Shown piece by piece: positions 10,978 to 20,855 of a stretch of DNA of 64,000 bases. This DNA comes from Nitrosopumilaceae archaeon. GTDB taxonomy: Archaea; Thermoproteota; Nitrososphaeria; Nitrososphaerales; Nitrosopumilaceae. Positions within the stretch are counted from its first letter, which is position 1, and each line of letters starts with the position of its first letter. Where the stretch lies: contig OZ242274.1 in assembly GCA_965207375.1 (NCBI GenBank), forward strand, positions 416,001 to 480,000, given 5' to 3'. A model generated the notes under the pieces. That model did not search any database, was not told the DNA's origin, and worked only from the letters and a program-made list of their open reading frames with translations. The position numbers and the translations under genes were made by a program.

Positions 10978-11358
10978 TTAATTTTTATTGTAATAATCTG
11001 TATGGGGATTTTATTATCTGCCGGATTTTACACTGTACTGTATTATACACAAGAGTATTTTCCCGAAGGATATGAACCATATGCGGAACATTTTAAAAAA
11101 TTGCCAGAAGTTCAATTATTTTATGAAAAATATGAAAATGCTAAACCTCATTATGGGATATTAGAAACGATTTCATATTTTGCTACTAATGAGGATTGGA
11201 GTGCAGATGTAGAACTAGCAATATATCATAAACATCATAGTTTTGAAATAAAACGCATTGTGCTTATCTGTCATCCCATAGGAGAATATGAAAAAGGATA
11301 TGAAATACAAGAAAATATTATAGAGTATTTACAAAATGACAGTTGTTTTGAAAGCTAA
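10966..11358 (+). CDS. Hypothetical membrane-anchored protein, AT-rich
   Basis: N-terminal TM helix; LPEVQLFYEKY motif; the annotated start overlaps the putative IS end. Confidence 0.55.
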   Translation: MNKYLIFIVIICMGILLSAGFYTVLYYTQEYFPEGYEPYAEHFKKLPEVQLFYEKYENAKPHYGILETISYFATNEDWSADVELAIYHKHHSFEIKRIVLICHPIGEYEKGYEIQENIIEYLQNDSCFES

Positions 11359-11513
11359 TAACCATGACGGCTGTACTGTAATACTTGCCTCGTATTTGAG
11401 AATCTTGGCAACACTGCATCAAATAATCTAAAATAATATAGAAACAAAATCGTCACACAGGTAACATAAAAATACCAAAATCAGGATTTTGCATCCAAAT
11501 TAATCGTACTTGA

Positions 11514-12182
11514 TCAAGGTACACTTGCATCTCTTAAATAATACAAAACAAGCTCATCCCCAATTTTTTGTGTTTTTTCTAGGCGTAATTTGGGCGAGTC
11601 TTTGACCTTGAAGAATCCCTGCCCGGAAACCAAAGAGACAGAATCTTTACCACCTATTATTCTAGGAGATACGGTAACTACAAGTTTGTCATAGAGGTTT
11701 TTTTCAACAAAATCCCAGTTTACAGCAGCACCGCCTTCAACTAGCAGTGTTTTGATTTTTTTAGAAATCAATTTTTTTAATAATAATTTCAAGTCTATCC
11801 TACGATCTCCTGCAAAAATTATTTCAACTGGGAATTTTTGCAGCCGTTTGTAATTTTTTTTGGAAATCATTTGCGATACTGCTATAATGGTGGAAATTTG
11901 CTCAGACGTTTGCAGTATTTGAGAATGTGATGAAATTGTTCCCCTAGAATCAAGTATCACACGTATAGGATTTTTCCCCCTGACGTGACGTACCGTAAGC
12001 AGTGGATCATCGCAGTGCAAAGTGTTGGTTCCAATCAGGATTGCATCATTTTGCGAGCGCAACCTGTGAAGTCTGATCAAATCCTTTTTTGATGAAAGTT
12101 GCGAGTCTCCTGATTTGGTTGCAATTTTGCCATCAACAGAAATTGCAGCACTAATTGTTACTGTAGGTCTAGATTTTTCCAT
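11514..12182 (-). CDS. ribD: 2,5-diamino-6-(ribosylamino)-4(3H)-pyrimidinone 5'-phosphate reductase (RibD C-terminal type)
   Basis: AISVDGKIA, DAILIGTNT..DDPLLTVR and LLVEGGA motifs; in the riboflavin operon. Confidence 0.92.
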   Translation of the reverse strand: MEKSRPTVTISAAISVDGKIATKSGDSQLSSKKDLIRLHRLRSQNDAILIGTNTLHCDDPLLTVRHVRGKNPIRVILDSRGTISSHSQILQTSEQISTIIAVSQMISKKNYKRLQKFPVEIIFAGDRRIDLKLLLKKLISKKIKTLLVEGGAAVNWDFVEKNLYDKLVVTVSPRIIGGKDSVSLVSGQGFFKVKDSPKLRLEKTQKIGDELVLYYLRDASVP

Positions 12183-13359
12183 GGACTAGCCTTCCTCCAA
12201 TCATTACTGCCCGTATGGCAGTCTCTGATGCCCTATGTACAATAGATGCATGTGGACTGTGCATCGGTTCAAGATCAATTGCGTGCTTGTCTAAAAATAC
12301 GGCATCGGCAAATTTTGCCTTGCCAATTACGCCTATATTTTTTCGCAATAGTTTACCTGCGTTTACGGTGGCCATCTGTAAAATTACTTTTGGATCAACG
12401 CGATGTTTTTTTGTACCCATTGTAACCTTCCAGAGATAATCCATTTCACGGAACATATCAGGTGAATTTATCATGATGTTGTCGGTTCCAAGTGCCAAAT
12501 TGCATCCGGATTTACGCATTAGTTCAAAGTCAGGGATACCTTCAGCCAATGATGCATTGGCGCGCGGACAAATCACTATTCCACGCGTCTTTTTTGCTAC
12601 AACTCTAAGCTCTGCAGGTGTCGCATGAGTCATGTGAATTAAAAAATGAGGTTTTAGGTTTAATGCACGCATTACCTCAGATTTTTTTGAGATTTTTTGA
12701 GATGTCATGACACTTTGTTTGGTCTCGGCTGCATGAATTGCACGAATTTTGGCAGTTTTTGAATAATGATATAACAGTGAGTTGCTATTTTCATTTGCCC
12801 CGCTAATTCCTAGGCCGTCACACTTTTTGAGCAGCTCCTCTAGCTCCTGTTTTTTGGTCTGTGGGAATTTCTCATTTGAGCGTACCTGTCTTGTATCATG
12901 ATACAGGCCGATTCGCCCCAAAATTATACAACGAATTGGGCTAGAGGATACGGCATCCTTGAGAAGGTTTACGCCAGATATGCCATTTTCCCTAAAATCT
13001 ACAAATGTCGTAATTCCTTTTTGTAGCATCGATTGACAGGAATTTTTCATAAATGAGACTAGATGTGCAGATGCAGTCTTTGAAAGAATCTTAGATTTTA
13101 CGCCAAATATGGGATGTATGCGGTTATCAACTGAGCTGTCAAGTGTGACGTCCTTTCCTATGGAATCGCCAATGTGCGTATGACAATTAACCAAACCCGG
13201 AATCATCAACAATCCCTCACAGTCAATTGATTCCTCCCCAGAACTCGGGTGAAGATTGGTTTGAATCTTGTAAAACTTTTGATCCCGTATTTGCAGGTTA
13301 GTTTTTGGAGTGTATTTTAGGTCATTTCCTAAAAGTACGCTTGCATTTTTTATCAGCAT
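12169..13359 (-). CDS. Metal-dependent amidohydrolase
   Basis: PGLVNCHTHIGD, IHAAE, HMTH and LGTDN motifs. Confidence 0.88.
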   Translation of the reverse strand: MLIKNASVLLGNDLKYTPKTNLQIRDQKFYKIQTNLHPSSGEESIDCEGLLMIPGLVNCHTHIGDSIGKDVTLDSSVDNRIHPIFGVKSKILSKTASAHLVSFMKNSCQSMLQKGITTFVDFRENGISGVNLLKDAVSSSPIRCIILGRIGLYHDTRQVRSNEKFPQTKKQELEELLKKCDGLGISGANENSNSLLYHYSKTAKIRAIHAAETKQSVMTSQKISKKSEVMRALNLKPHFLIHMTHATPAELRVVAKKTRGIVICPRANASLAEGIPDFELMRKSGCNLALGTDNIMINSPDMFREMDYLWKVTMGTKKHRVDPKVILQMATVNAGKLLRKNIGVIGKAKFADAVFLDKHAIDLEPMHSPHASIVHRASETAIRAVMIGGRLVHGKI

Positions 13360-14099
13360 GACAATTCGTAGATTGAGGGCTTTTGTAATCCCTCATCCCG
13401 GATTTTGCGTATGGCATCGAGGGCTTTTGTAGCAAGGCTTGCAGCATCCCGAGATGTCTGTGCATGGCCTATTCCACAATTTAGTGTGATACCGTTTTGT
13501 TTTGCAACAGATAAAAATTGCTGAGCTGCATCTCCGCCGTCACTGCACGCCACTATCATAAAATTATCACCTCCCAGAAAAAACGTCAGACAATTTTTTT
13601 CTATAAAAAATTTGGACATTTTAGCATAGAGTGAAAATATTATAGAGCTAATCTCATAAGGAGACTTTGTTTTTTGTGATGAGGTCAGGTCTTCTATATC
13701 CATGTGCATTATAGTGACTTTTTTGCTTGACTCGTCAATAAAGCCAGATATCATGTGTTTTTCATCAAGATACGTTTTGTTCTTTTGTGCCTCAAATGCC
13801 TTTAGATTTGCCTCATATGGAGTCTCTGCTGCTCCGATAGACATTGCAAGCTTTAGATCAAATTTTGACTGGAGGTGCCGTTGAATGGCGATGTGATCAT
13901 CAAGGGTCAGGCCATTGCTTACTGCAAAATATTCATCACTTCTGTTTAAAAATACAAGGCTGTTTCTTTGTGAGAACTGGTCTTGAATTTCTTTGTAAAG
14001 CGATGCTTGCAACATTTGCAGTTTGTGTTCTCTGTCACTTCCCAAAGTCAGAGTCCATGGACCGTATCCGGTAATCTTGAGAATTGTTAACTGGATCAT
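13353..14099 (-). CDS. gch3: GTP cyclohydrolase III (IIa)
   Basis: GYGPWTLTLGSDREHKLQMLQA, TPYEA and FFLGGDNF motifs. Confidence 0.92.
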   Translation of the reverse strand: MIQLTILKITGYGPWTLTLGSDREHKLQMLQASLYKEIQDQFSQRNSLVFLNRSDEYFAVSNGLTLDDHIAIQRHLQSKFDLKLAMSIGAAETPYEANLKAFEAQKNKTYLDEKHMISGFIDESSKKVTIMHMDIEDLTSSQKTKSPYEISSIIFSLYAKMSKFFIEKNCLTFFLGGDNFMIVACSDGGDAAQQFLSVAKQNGITLNCGIGHAQTSRDAASLATKALDAIRKIRDEGLQKPSIYELSC

Positions 14100-14518
14100 T
14101 TTGAAATTTTCTTTAGCTCCTTTGAAATAGTGAGAACAGACTCTACTGCACGTTCTGCAACCGGTCTAATTCTGGCATATGCTTGTCTTTTTTGCATTCC
14201 GGGACCAGAGATGCCCAAAGACACAGGCTTTTGATACCTGATTGACAACTCAGATAGTGCGCGTGATACGGTATAAGAAATTACCTCGTCATGTTTGGTT
14301 TGGCCCTTGATAATTGCACCAAGTGTAACTACTGCATCTATGTCTTTTCGTTTTAGCAGTGCATCTACAACAATTGGCATATCATAAGAGCCGGGAACGT
14401 GTGCCGTATGTTTAATCTTGATTTTTAACAATTCGGCCTTTTCTTGGGCAACTGACTGCATTCTAGATGTGATATCTTTGTTAAACTCTGCTACTACCAA
14501 AGCAATGTTCAAAATCAA
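14096..14518 (-). CDS. ribH: 6,7-dimethyl-8-ribityllumazine synthase
   Basis: VVAEFN, VPGSYDMP, AVVTLGAIIKGQTKHD and KPVSLGI. Confidence 0.95.
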   Translation of the reverse strand: MILNIALVVAEFNKDITSRMQSVAQEKAELLKIKIKHTAHVPGSYDMPIVVDALLKRKDIDAVVTLGAIIKGQTKHDEVISYTVSRALSELSIRYQKPVSLGISGPGMQKRQAYARIRPVAERAVESVLTISKELKKISK

Positions 14519-15183
14519 TGCACCTTAGAGTATTCTAGCAGCTCCCTTCCGTCTAAGAATGGAATTGCATTTTGTGTTGCATATTTTTGTGCCTTTTTGA
14601 CTGATAGTGCAGAATATGTTTCTGCATCCATCATTTCACAAATTGCAGTAACAGGCACAAGCTCTGCAACTTTGCTCAGATACACAGACATCTCAGTATG
14701 TCCCTGTCTTTTAGATAACAGTCCTTTAGATGCTATTAACAATGGAACGTGTCCGGGAGTTTTAAAGGAAGATACAAATTTTTTGTGGGGATTTTCAACA
14801 TTGTACAGTCTTGCCATCTGTTCAATCGTAATTGCTCGGTCTTTGTCAGTAATTCCGGTATAGGTTTGATAATGATTTATACTAATTGAAAACGTAGGAT
14901 GATCGCCGTAAGGTGCCAATCCCATAATCATGTCCTTGTTTTGCACAGATAATGAGTCGCTTAAAATTTCATGCATATAACGAAGATCAAGCTTGTCGGC
15001 AAACTGCCTGTCAATTGCAATGCAAAGCAGTCCACCTGCATGTTGTCTCATTCTTGCAACATGTTCAGCTGTTGCAAATTGTGCTGCCACCACCATATCT
15101 ATTTCGTTTTCCCTGCCTTCAGAGTCGTACAAGAGAACAAACTCCCCACGCTTGAGAGAATCTATGGCAGAGGAAACACCCAT
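14515..15183 (-). CDS. ribB: 3,4-dihydroxy-2-butanone 4-phosphate synthase
   Basis: DSEGRENEID, TGITDKDRA, PGHVPLL, RQGHTE and ICEM. Confidence 0.95.
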   Translation of the reverse strand: MGVSSAIDSLKRGEFVLLYDSEGRENEIDMVVAAQFATAEHVARMRQHAGGLLCIAIDRQFADKLDLRYMHEILSDSLSVQNKDMIMGLAPYGDHPTFSISINHYQTYTGITDKDRAITIEQMARLYNVENPHKKFVSSFKTPGHVPLLIASKGLLSKRQGHTEMSVYLSKVAELVPVTAICEMMDAETYSALSVKKAQKYATQNAIPFLDGRELLEYSKVH

Positions 15184-15255
15184 ACAAAAATCGGTTAAAT
15201 CTGTAGATATAAGGATTACTAAAAAAATGGTAATTACCACTAAAGTTGTAGATAA

Positions 15256-15846
15256 TTATTTTTGTGCCAGAATATATTTGCCCAAGATGTCAGTTTCAAT
15301 ATTAACTTTGTCGCCTATTTTTTTTGTCTTAAAATTTGTAATCTCAATTGTATGAGGAATGAGACATACTGATGCTGTGTTTTGTTTTTTCTCAACTACT
15401 GTCAGGCTGATACCATCAATTGCAATAGAGCCTTTTTTTACAACGTATCGTGTGAGTTTTTTTGGCAGCTCTAACCAAACTTTGATCTCCTTTGGTTTTT
15501 TCTGAATCTTGATTATAGTAGCTGTACCATCTACATGTCCTAAAACAAAATGACCCTCTAATCTGTCTCCTGCCTTTAGGCTCCTTTCTATGTTGACTAT
15601 GCTGCCTTTGCTGAGATTTCCAAGATCAGTTTTCTTTGTGGTCTCATCAATTACCTCAAAATTACACCTGTTCTTGAGCAGTTTGGTTACAGTGAGACAT
15701 ACGCCATTGAGTGCGACGCTTTGTCCAACTTTAAGAGACTTGGAGTTTTTTCCAAGATCTACTGTCATCTCAATGGCACTACGATTCTTTGTGCTTTTGG
15801 AAATTTTTTCCACATGTCCTATTCCTTCAACTATTCCGGTAAACAT
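15256..15846 (-). CDS. ribE: Riboflavin synthase (bacterial/alpha-chain type)
   Basis: MFTGIVE N-terminus, SVALNGVCLTV, GHFVLGHVDG and KGSIAIDGISLTV. Confidence 0.95.
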   Translation of the reverse strand: MFTGIVEGIGHVEKISKSTKNRSAIEMTVDLGKNSKSLKVGQSVALNGVCLTVTKLLKNRCNFEVIDETTKKTDLGNLSKGSIVNIERSLKAGDRLEGHFVLGHVDGTATIIKIQKKPKEIKVWLELPKKLTRYVVKKGSIAIDGISLTVVEKKQNTASVCLIPHTIEITNFKTKKIGDKVNIETDILGKYILAQK

Positions 15847-15889
15847 AATCAACAAACGGCCTCTTGTTTTATAAAAATCGTGCCAAAAA

Positions 15890-16627
15890 TCATTTTTGTC
15901 TGTTTCGAAGTTTGCGCTGTTCTAATTCGTAAAATTCATCAGTACAGTACTGGTGAAATACGGAGCAGTTGTTTTGTTTGGCATTTTTTTTAAATTCTGC
16001 CATCCTTTCAATTAACACACCTTGTGCAGCTAAAAATGACTCATCCTCATGACCCATGCGTGAGAACATATGGGCCTTTGCCTCAGAGACACCCTGTATT
16101 GTTGCATCAATTTGCTGTACTGCGTCATAGGTTTGTGCAGCCTTTTGATAGTTGCCTAGATATCCAAAGGTATTGGCTTTGTTGAGTAACGCAGTGATAT
16201 TTTTGTCATCTAATTCAATTACCTGATTATATAGTATCATGGCATCTTGGTGCCTGTCTAACTCATTTAGTGCTAGGCCCTTTGTATTTAGCGCCCAAAC
16301 ATCTTTTGGATTAATAGACAGTAAAGTGTCTGCACACAAAATGACCTTATCAAAGCTGTGCATTTCTTCATAACACATGATTTTATTTCTTAATCCATGC
16401 TCATCGGTGGGATTTTTTTCTAAAATGATATTACAATATATTATTGCCTCATCCCATTCCTTGAGATGTAAAAATGCAGTGGAGATATTTTGTAATGCCA
16501 ACAAGTCGCCTGGATTCTGATCTAAAAGTTTCTTGCAAAACACAACAAGATCCTCGTATTTTTTGGCATCAAACATTCTAGTGATAACAGTCAAAGGATC
16601 AAGCAGGTCAATCAAGATTTTCGTCAT
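15890..16627 (-). CDS. Tetratricopeptide repeat protein
   Basis: Repeated 34-aa TPR patterns (ALNTKGLALNEL, ALLNKANTFGYLGNY). Confidence 0.85.
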   Translation of the reverse strand: MTKILIDLLDPLTVITRMFDAKKYEDLVVFCKKLLDQNPGDLLALQNISTAFLHLKEWDEAIIYCNIILEKNPTDEHGLRNKIMCYEEMHSFDKVILCADTLLSINPKDVWALNTKGLALNELDRHQDAMILYNQVIELDDKNITALLNKANTFGYLGNYQKAAQTYDAVQQIDATIQGVSEAKAHMFSRMGHEDESFLAAQGVLIERMAEFKKNAKQNNCSVFHQYCTDEFYELEQRKLRNRQK

Positions 16628-16764
16628 AAATAGTAGATGTGTTGTTATCTTTATTGTTTATCAAAAACTGTAGTTTTTACCCATACATTAGGTTCTAATC
16701 TTGGCCTAAATATCCAAAATAAACCGATATCTATTCTAATTAAGCACGGTAACGGTGTGATGTA

Positions 16765-17625
16765 TTATCGACTCTGCTTTACTAGACCAAGTAATGCCTT
16801 TGCTTGCTTGTAATGAACCTCATCAATCATTTTTCCATCAACTGTTGTGGCGCCTTTACCCTTTTTGGCAGATTGCAAATACACATCACAGACCTTTTTT
16901 GCCCAGCTGATTTGGGTTTTGGTCGGAAAAAACAGCTTGTGAACGGTGTCAATTTGATCAGGATGGATTACGCTTTTTCCACAATAGCCCAGCTGCTTGC
17001 CAATTTTACAATCATGTATCAGTCCTTTTTTGTCTTCAAGGTCTTGCCAGATTGCATCTATTGCAGAAACTCCAGCTGCTGCTGCATCAACTGGGATTTT
17101 TGCTCTAGAGTATGCAGCACCTAATGGTTGCTTTGTATACTCTATACCCAAGTCATTTAGTAAATCAAATACTCCAAAGACTACGGCGCACACACGCTTG
17201 CTAAATGATGAGATTGCAGCAGCATTGACTATGCCCTGCGCAGACTCTATTGACGGAATTATGTCTAGCGGCTCAAGTTTTGCCTTTTTTTCTACAGCAT
17301 TTAGAGACCTTTGTATAGTCTTGAGCTCTTTTGTGTTGTTTACCTTGGGTATTACAATTCCATCTATTCCCTTTTGAACAACTCTGAGATCGGCTGGAAT
17401 CAGTCCTGAGCAAGGCGCATTGATTCTAACAAAGATTGATGATTTGTATTGAGATCGTGACTTTAGTGCGGATTTTATCAGTTTTCGTGCGTTTTTCTTA
17501 TCAGATAGGGGTACTGAATCCTCCAAATCAAAACAAACAATGTCTGCCTGGAGCGATTTTGCCTTTTCTAAAAATCTGGCATTATTTCCTGGAACAAAAA
17601 TGAGACTGCGGAAAAGCCTTGTCAT
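16765..17625 (-). CDS. CitE/HpcH-family CoA-ester lyase
   Basis: RSLIFVPG, FDLEDSV, IESAQG, FGVFDL, GKSVIHPDQI and DGKMIDE. Confidence 0.9.
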   Translation of the reverse strand: MTRLFRSLIFVPGNNARFLEKAKSLQADIVCFDLEDSVPLSDKKNARKLIKSALKSRSQYKSSIFVRINAPCSGLIPADLRVVQKGIDGIVIPKVNNTKELKTIQRSLNAVEKKAKLEPLDIIPSIESAQGIVNAAAISSFSKRVCAVVFGVFDLLNDLGIEYTKQPLGAAYSRAKIPVDAAAAGVSAIDAIWQDLEDKKGLIHDCKIGKQLGYCGKSVIHPDQIDTVHKLFFPTKTQISWAKKVCDVYLQSAKKGKGATTVDGKMIDEVHYKQAKALLGLVKQSR

Positions 17626-17632
17626 TAAATGA

Positions 17633-18712
17633 CTAGGCTCCCTCTGGCTTCATTAAGATTTTGCCAAAGAGTCCTTTTCCGGTCAACATCTTGGTGTGTG
17701 CCTCTGCTGCTTGCTCAAAGCTGTAAACAGAGTCGATTGCAGATTTGATCTTGCCTTTTCCCATCCAGTAAAGACCCTCATCAAGTTCTGCCTTTGTTCC
17801 TTGTGTTGAACCTAGGATGTTGGTTCCTTTAAAGAAGATGTGTCTTAGATCAGTCTGTGCATCATAACCTGTTGTTGCACCGCATGAAACAAGTGTTGCT
17901 CCATATTTTAGCATTGTAAGTTGTTTGTTCCAGTGAGTCTGCCCTATGTGATCAAATGAAACATCGATGCCGGGTGCCTCACCTTTTGTTTTGGCAATCT
18001 CTTTGGATATTTTAAAGACCTCTTTGTGCCAATCATCTTTTCTATGATCTACTGCATAGTCTGCTCCAAGTTCCTTGCATTTGTCTAATTTGTCTGGACT
18101 TGCAGTTGCAATAACATCACAGTTGTACAGTTTTGCGATTTGGATTCCAAAGCTTCCGACTCCGGAACCTCCTCCCATTATAAGCACAGTCTGTCCGGGT
18201 TTAATCTTGGCCCTGCCAACTAGCATGTGCCAAGATGTCAAAAGAGTCATTGATGCAGCAGCTGCATCATCATAGGAGACGCCGTCAGGAATTTTTGAAA
18301 CATTGACCTCTGGGAGATGGATTTGTTCGCCATATGCTCCCCATAATGGTCCGGTTTGAAATCCCCAGACCTGTCTTTTGATACAATCAAATTCACGTCC
18401 ATCTGTACATGCACTACATACTCTACATGCAAGATTTGAGTGTGAGACAACCCTGTCTCCAACTTTGAAATTTTTCACGTCCTCACCTACTGCAATGACA
18501 TCGCCTGCCACGTCAGAGCCAGAAACGTGTGGAAGCGGTACTGCAACTGGAACTCCCCTCATTCCCCAAATATCATTATAATTCAAGGCTGAGGCTTTGT
18601 TTGTAAAAATGACCTCGTCGGGTTTTGGTTTTGGTTCATCTATATCCTGGACTTTAAGGATTCTAGCATAATTATCATCTGGTGCGTATTCGTTGTATAC
18701 TACGGCTTTCAT
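17633..18712 (-). CDS. Zinc-binding medium-chain dehydrogenase/reductase
   Basis: GSDVAG, structural Zn CRVCSAC..C, GGGSGVG nucleotide-binding loop. Confidence 0.9.
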   Translation of the reverse strand: MKAVVYNEYAPDDNYARILKVQDIDEPKPKPDEVIFTNKASALNYNDIWGMRGVPVAVPLPHVSGSDVAGDVIAVGEDVKNFKVGDRVVSHSNLACRVCSACTDGREFDCIKRQVWGFQTGPLWGAYGEQIHLPEVNVSKIPDGVSYDDAAAASMTLLTSWHMLVGRAKIKPGQTVLIMGGGSGVGSFGIQIAKLYNCDVIATASPDKLDKCKELGADYAVDHRKDDWHKEVFKISKEIAKTKGEAPGIDVSFDHIGQTHWNKQLTMLKYGATLVSCGATTGYDAQTDLRHIFFKGTNILGSTQGTKAELDEGLYWMGKGKIKSAIDSVYSFEQAAEAHTKMLTGKGLFGKILMKPEGA

Positions 18713-18754
18713 GATTTCAAACCATTATAGCCCATAATTATATTTTATTGGGAT

Positions 18755-19051
18755 TTATACGCGATTAATCTTAAAATCCCGTTTTGGTTGCTGTGCTGAT
18801 AGCAAAATTTGTTTTAATTGCTGGTCAGTTATGGGTGCAGGAAGTTTTCCCTGTGCCCCCAATCCAATAAGGTAATTTTCAACTGCATTGGCAAGATCTG
18901 GCTTTACCATTTTTACATTATTTAGTCTCATCCTAGCTGTAGGTTCCAAAATTTGTTTTAGAACCATGTCTTTTTGTGCGTTGATTTGTTCTTCAGAAGG
19001 CCCGCCCCGTGGTTGCTGGGAATCAAATTCATCCGGATTTGGAGAACTCAT
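18755..19051 (-). CDS. PDCD5-like DNA-binding protein
   Basis: ILEPTARMRLNNVKMVKPDLANAVENYLI; adjacent to rps19e. Confidence 0.9.
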   Translation of the reverse strand: MSSPNPDEFDSQQPRGGPSEEQINAQKDMVLKQILEPTARMRLNNVKMVKPDLANAVENYLIGLGAQGKLPAPITDQQLKQILLSAQQPKRDFKINRV

Positions 19052-19058
19052 TTTATTT

Positions 19059-19511
19059 CTAAGAATATACCTTTAGTTTAGGATTTTCTGTAGCAAGTCT
19101 TGCTAAAATTTCGGTTGCAAGCCTATCTAGTTTCTGCATTCCCTGCTTTGATAGAATTCTGCCTTTTTTCTCAACTTTTTCTACATAACCTAATTTTTCT
19201 AATTCATGAATTGCATTTCTAATAATTGCACCGCCTGCATCTCTGTGGTTTCTAGCACCATATCCACGCGGTTTACTGCCGCCATATTCTTTTCTCAAGT
19301 CGTCAACCCCAATTGGACCGCGAAGATAAATTTTTCTTAAAAGTGATGCACATCTTGTATGCCACCAGTCACTTTGATGTGGAGGTCTGTCAGCATGAAC
19401 GCCGGTCTTTACAAATGCAGTCCAAGCAGGTACAGCGATATCTTCGCCCTTGAGAATCTCAGTTAATTCAGAAATCAATACATCTGCAGGTACATCATAG
19501 ACTTTTGCCAT
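19059..19511 (-). CDS. rps19e: 30S ribosomal protein S19e
   Basis: VYDVPAD, FVKTG, DWWHTRCASLLRKIY and GAIIRNAIHELE. Confidence 0.96.
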   Translation of the reverse strand: MAKVYDVPADVLISELTEILKGEDIAVPAWTAFVKTGVHADRPPHQSDWWHTRCASLLRKIYLRGPIGVDDLRKEYGGSKPRGYGARNHRDAGGAIIRNAIHELEKLGYVEKVEKKGRILSKQGMQKLDRLATEILARLATENPKLKVYS

Positions 19512-19659
19512 CAAGTCAGAAACGTAGGAATCGTCTTATAAATCATGAAGACAAATCACACGTTGTAACGGCTGTTGCGTGATGAATCTGCATAGAAATT
19601 TTGGGTTTGGCAATTTTGTAATGTCTATTTGTGTCTAACATCTAAATGCAATAACCAAA

Positions 19660-19962
19660 CTATCTAGGTATTATTTTACGATACGTGTGTCTGCAAAAGT
19701 TACAGGTTATACGTACCGATTTAATTTTAGAGCCGCCAAGCCTTATTCGTGCATCAACTCCCGGGGCAATGAAGCTCTTACATTTTTTGCAAAAGGTCAT
19801 CTGCATATCATAAGGAATTCGTATGTTGTATTTTGTGCCAATCTTTTTAGCAAGTGATGCCTGACGCTGAGCTAATTCAGGATTCTCTCGTGCATTAGAT
19901 ACTGCAATATTTATTAGAATTTTCATTCTTTCAAAAGCGATTTGTTTGGCTGCAGGTTTCAT
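19660..19962 (-). CDS. rnp4: RNase P protein component 4 (Rpp21)
   Basis: IAFERMKIL, FCKKC...ITCNFC Zn ribbon. Confidence 0.92.
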   Translation of the reverse strand: MKPAAKQIAFERMKILINIAVSNARENPELAQRQASLAKKIGTKYNIRIPYDMQMTFCKKCKSFIAPGVDARIRLGGSKIKSVRITCNFCRHTYRKIIPR

Positions 19963-20087
19963 GAAAATACGAGTTAGTTCTCATAAAAAAATTGTTTTAA
20001 TTGCCTGTATCTCAGACACATCTAGGTTTGTGCGTGTCTGAATTAAGATGCATCTGACTCTTTTGATCTAGATCCATACACAAAACA

Positions 20088-20161
20088 TGCAGTCAGCGGG
20101 ATTCGAACCCGCGTCACAGGGTTGGAAACCCCGAATACTAACCAGGCTATACTATGACTGC
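20088..20161 (-). tRNA. tRNA-Gly (anticodon TCC)
   Basis: Reverse complement GCAGTCATAGTATAGCCTGGTTAGTATTCGGGGTTTCCAACCCTGTGACGCGGGTTCGAATCCCGCTGACTGCA folds as a cloverleaf; anticodon loop TTTCCAA; T-loop TTCGAAT; no intron and no encoded CCA. Confidence 0.96.
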
Positions 20162-20183
20162 ATAAAGTAGCAGACCAGACATC

Positions 20184-20852
20184 CTACATAAAAATGGTTT
20201 TTTCATATTCGTAAAGAATTCTACTTGTAACAACATGAGATTCCAAGGAATCATCAGAGATTTTGTACAGTTGATCAATGCAGTTTTTTACAGAATCCTC
20301 AAAATGTCCTTTTTGAAATGAACCAATTACCAAACATGTCTCATCATCAATCTTTTTTGCAACATCAGATAGTGAGCTGTCATCACCTACAGATGACAGT
20401 CCAATGACCTGATCAGGATCGATTTTGTCAACTAATTTGGGAAACGTCATGCTTTGAATCTCTAATAATGTTTGGTTATCGCTTTTGATTTTTTTCTCAC
20501 GGTACAACTTTTCAATCAGTCCTTCAAATCGATGGTATGATTTAGGCAGGTTTAGATTGCTTCCTATTGTAATTACTTTGTTGTCAATTGTATGGACATA
20601 GATTTTGATTTTGTTTGCACGATACAGAGGAATTGTTGTGGCCTCGAGCAGGTTGAAATGGACTATATCAGGTCTGCCGCGCTTGAATTGATTTTGAATT
20701 CCCTTCATTGCAGCAAAGTGCCAAGAGTTATCAAGTAATATTTGATCTGGATATTTTCCCAGTTTTCTTGCATGTGCAATAACGGACTTGTGCTTTTGAA
20801 GCGAGGAAGGAACAGTTTCTAGTGCAGATTCGGCAAAAATGAGTGAAAACAT
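20184..20852 (-). CDS. nep1: 16S rRNA pseudouridine-N1 methyltransferase Nep1/Emg1
   Basis: LLDNSWH, RGRPDIVH, YVHTID, PKSYHRFEGLIEKL and IGSFQKGHF. Confidence 0.93.
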   Translation of the reverse strand: MFSLIFAESALETVPSSLQKHKSVIAHARKLGKYPDQILLDNSWHFAAMKGIQNQFKRGRPDIVHFNLLEATTIPLYRANKIKIYVHTIDNKVITIGSNLNLPKSYHRFEGLIEKLYREKKIKSDNQTLLEIQSMTFPKLVDKIDPDQVIGLSSVGDDSSLSDVAKKIDDETCLVIGSFQKGHFEDSVKNCIDQLYKISDDSLESHVVTSRILYEYEKTIFM

Positions 20853-20855
20853 GAT

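Noticed and set aside
20088-20161. tRNA-Gly as an integration site
   Set aside because: Flanked by core genes; no integrase or duplicated tRNA 3' end was noticed
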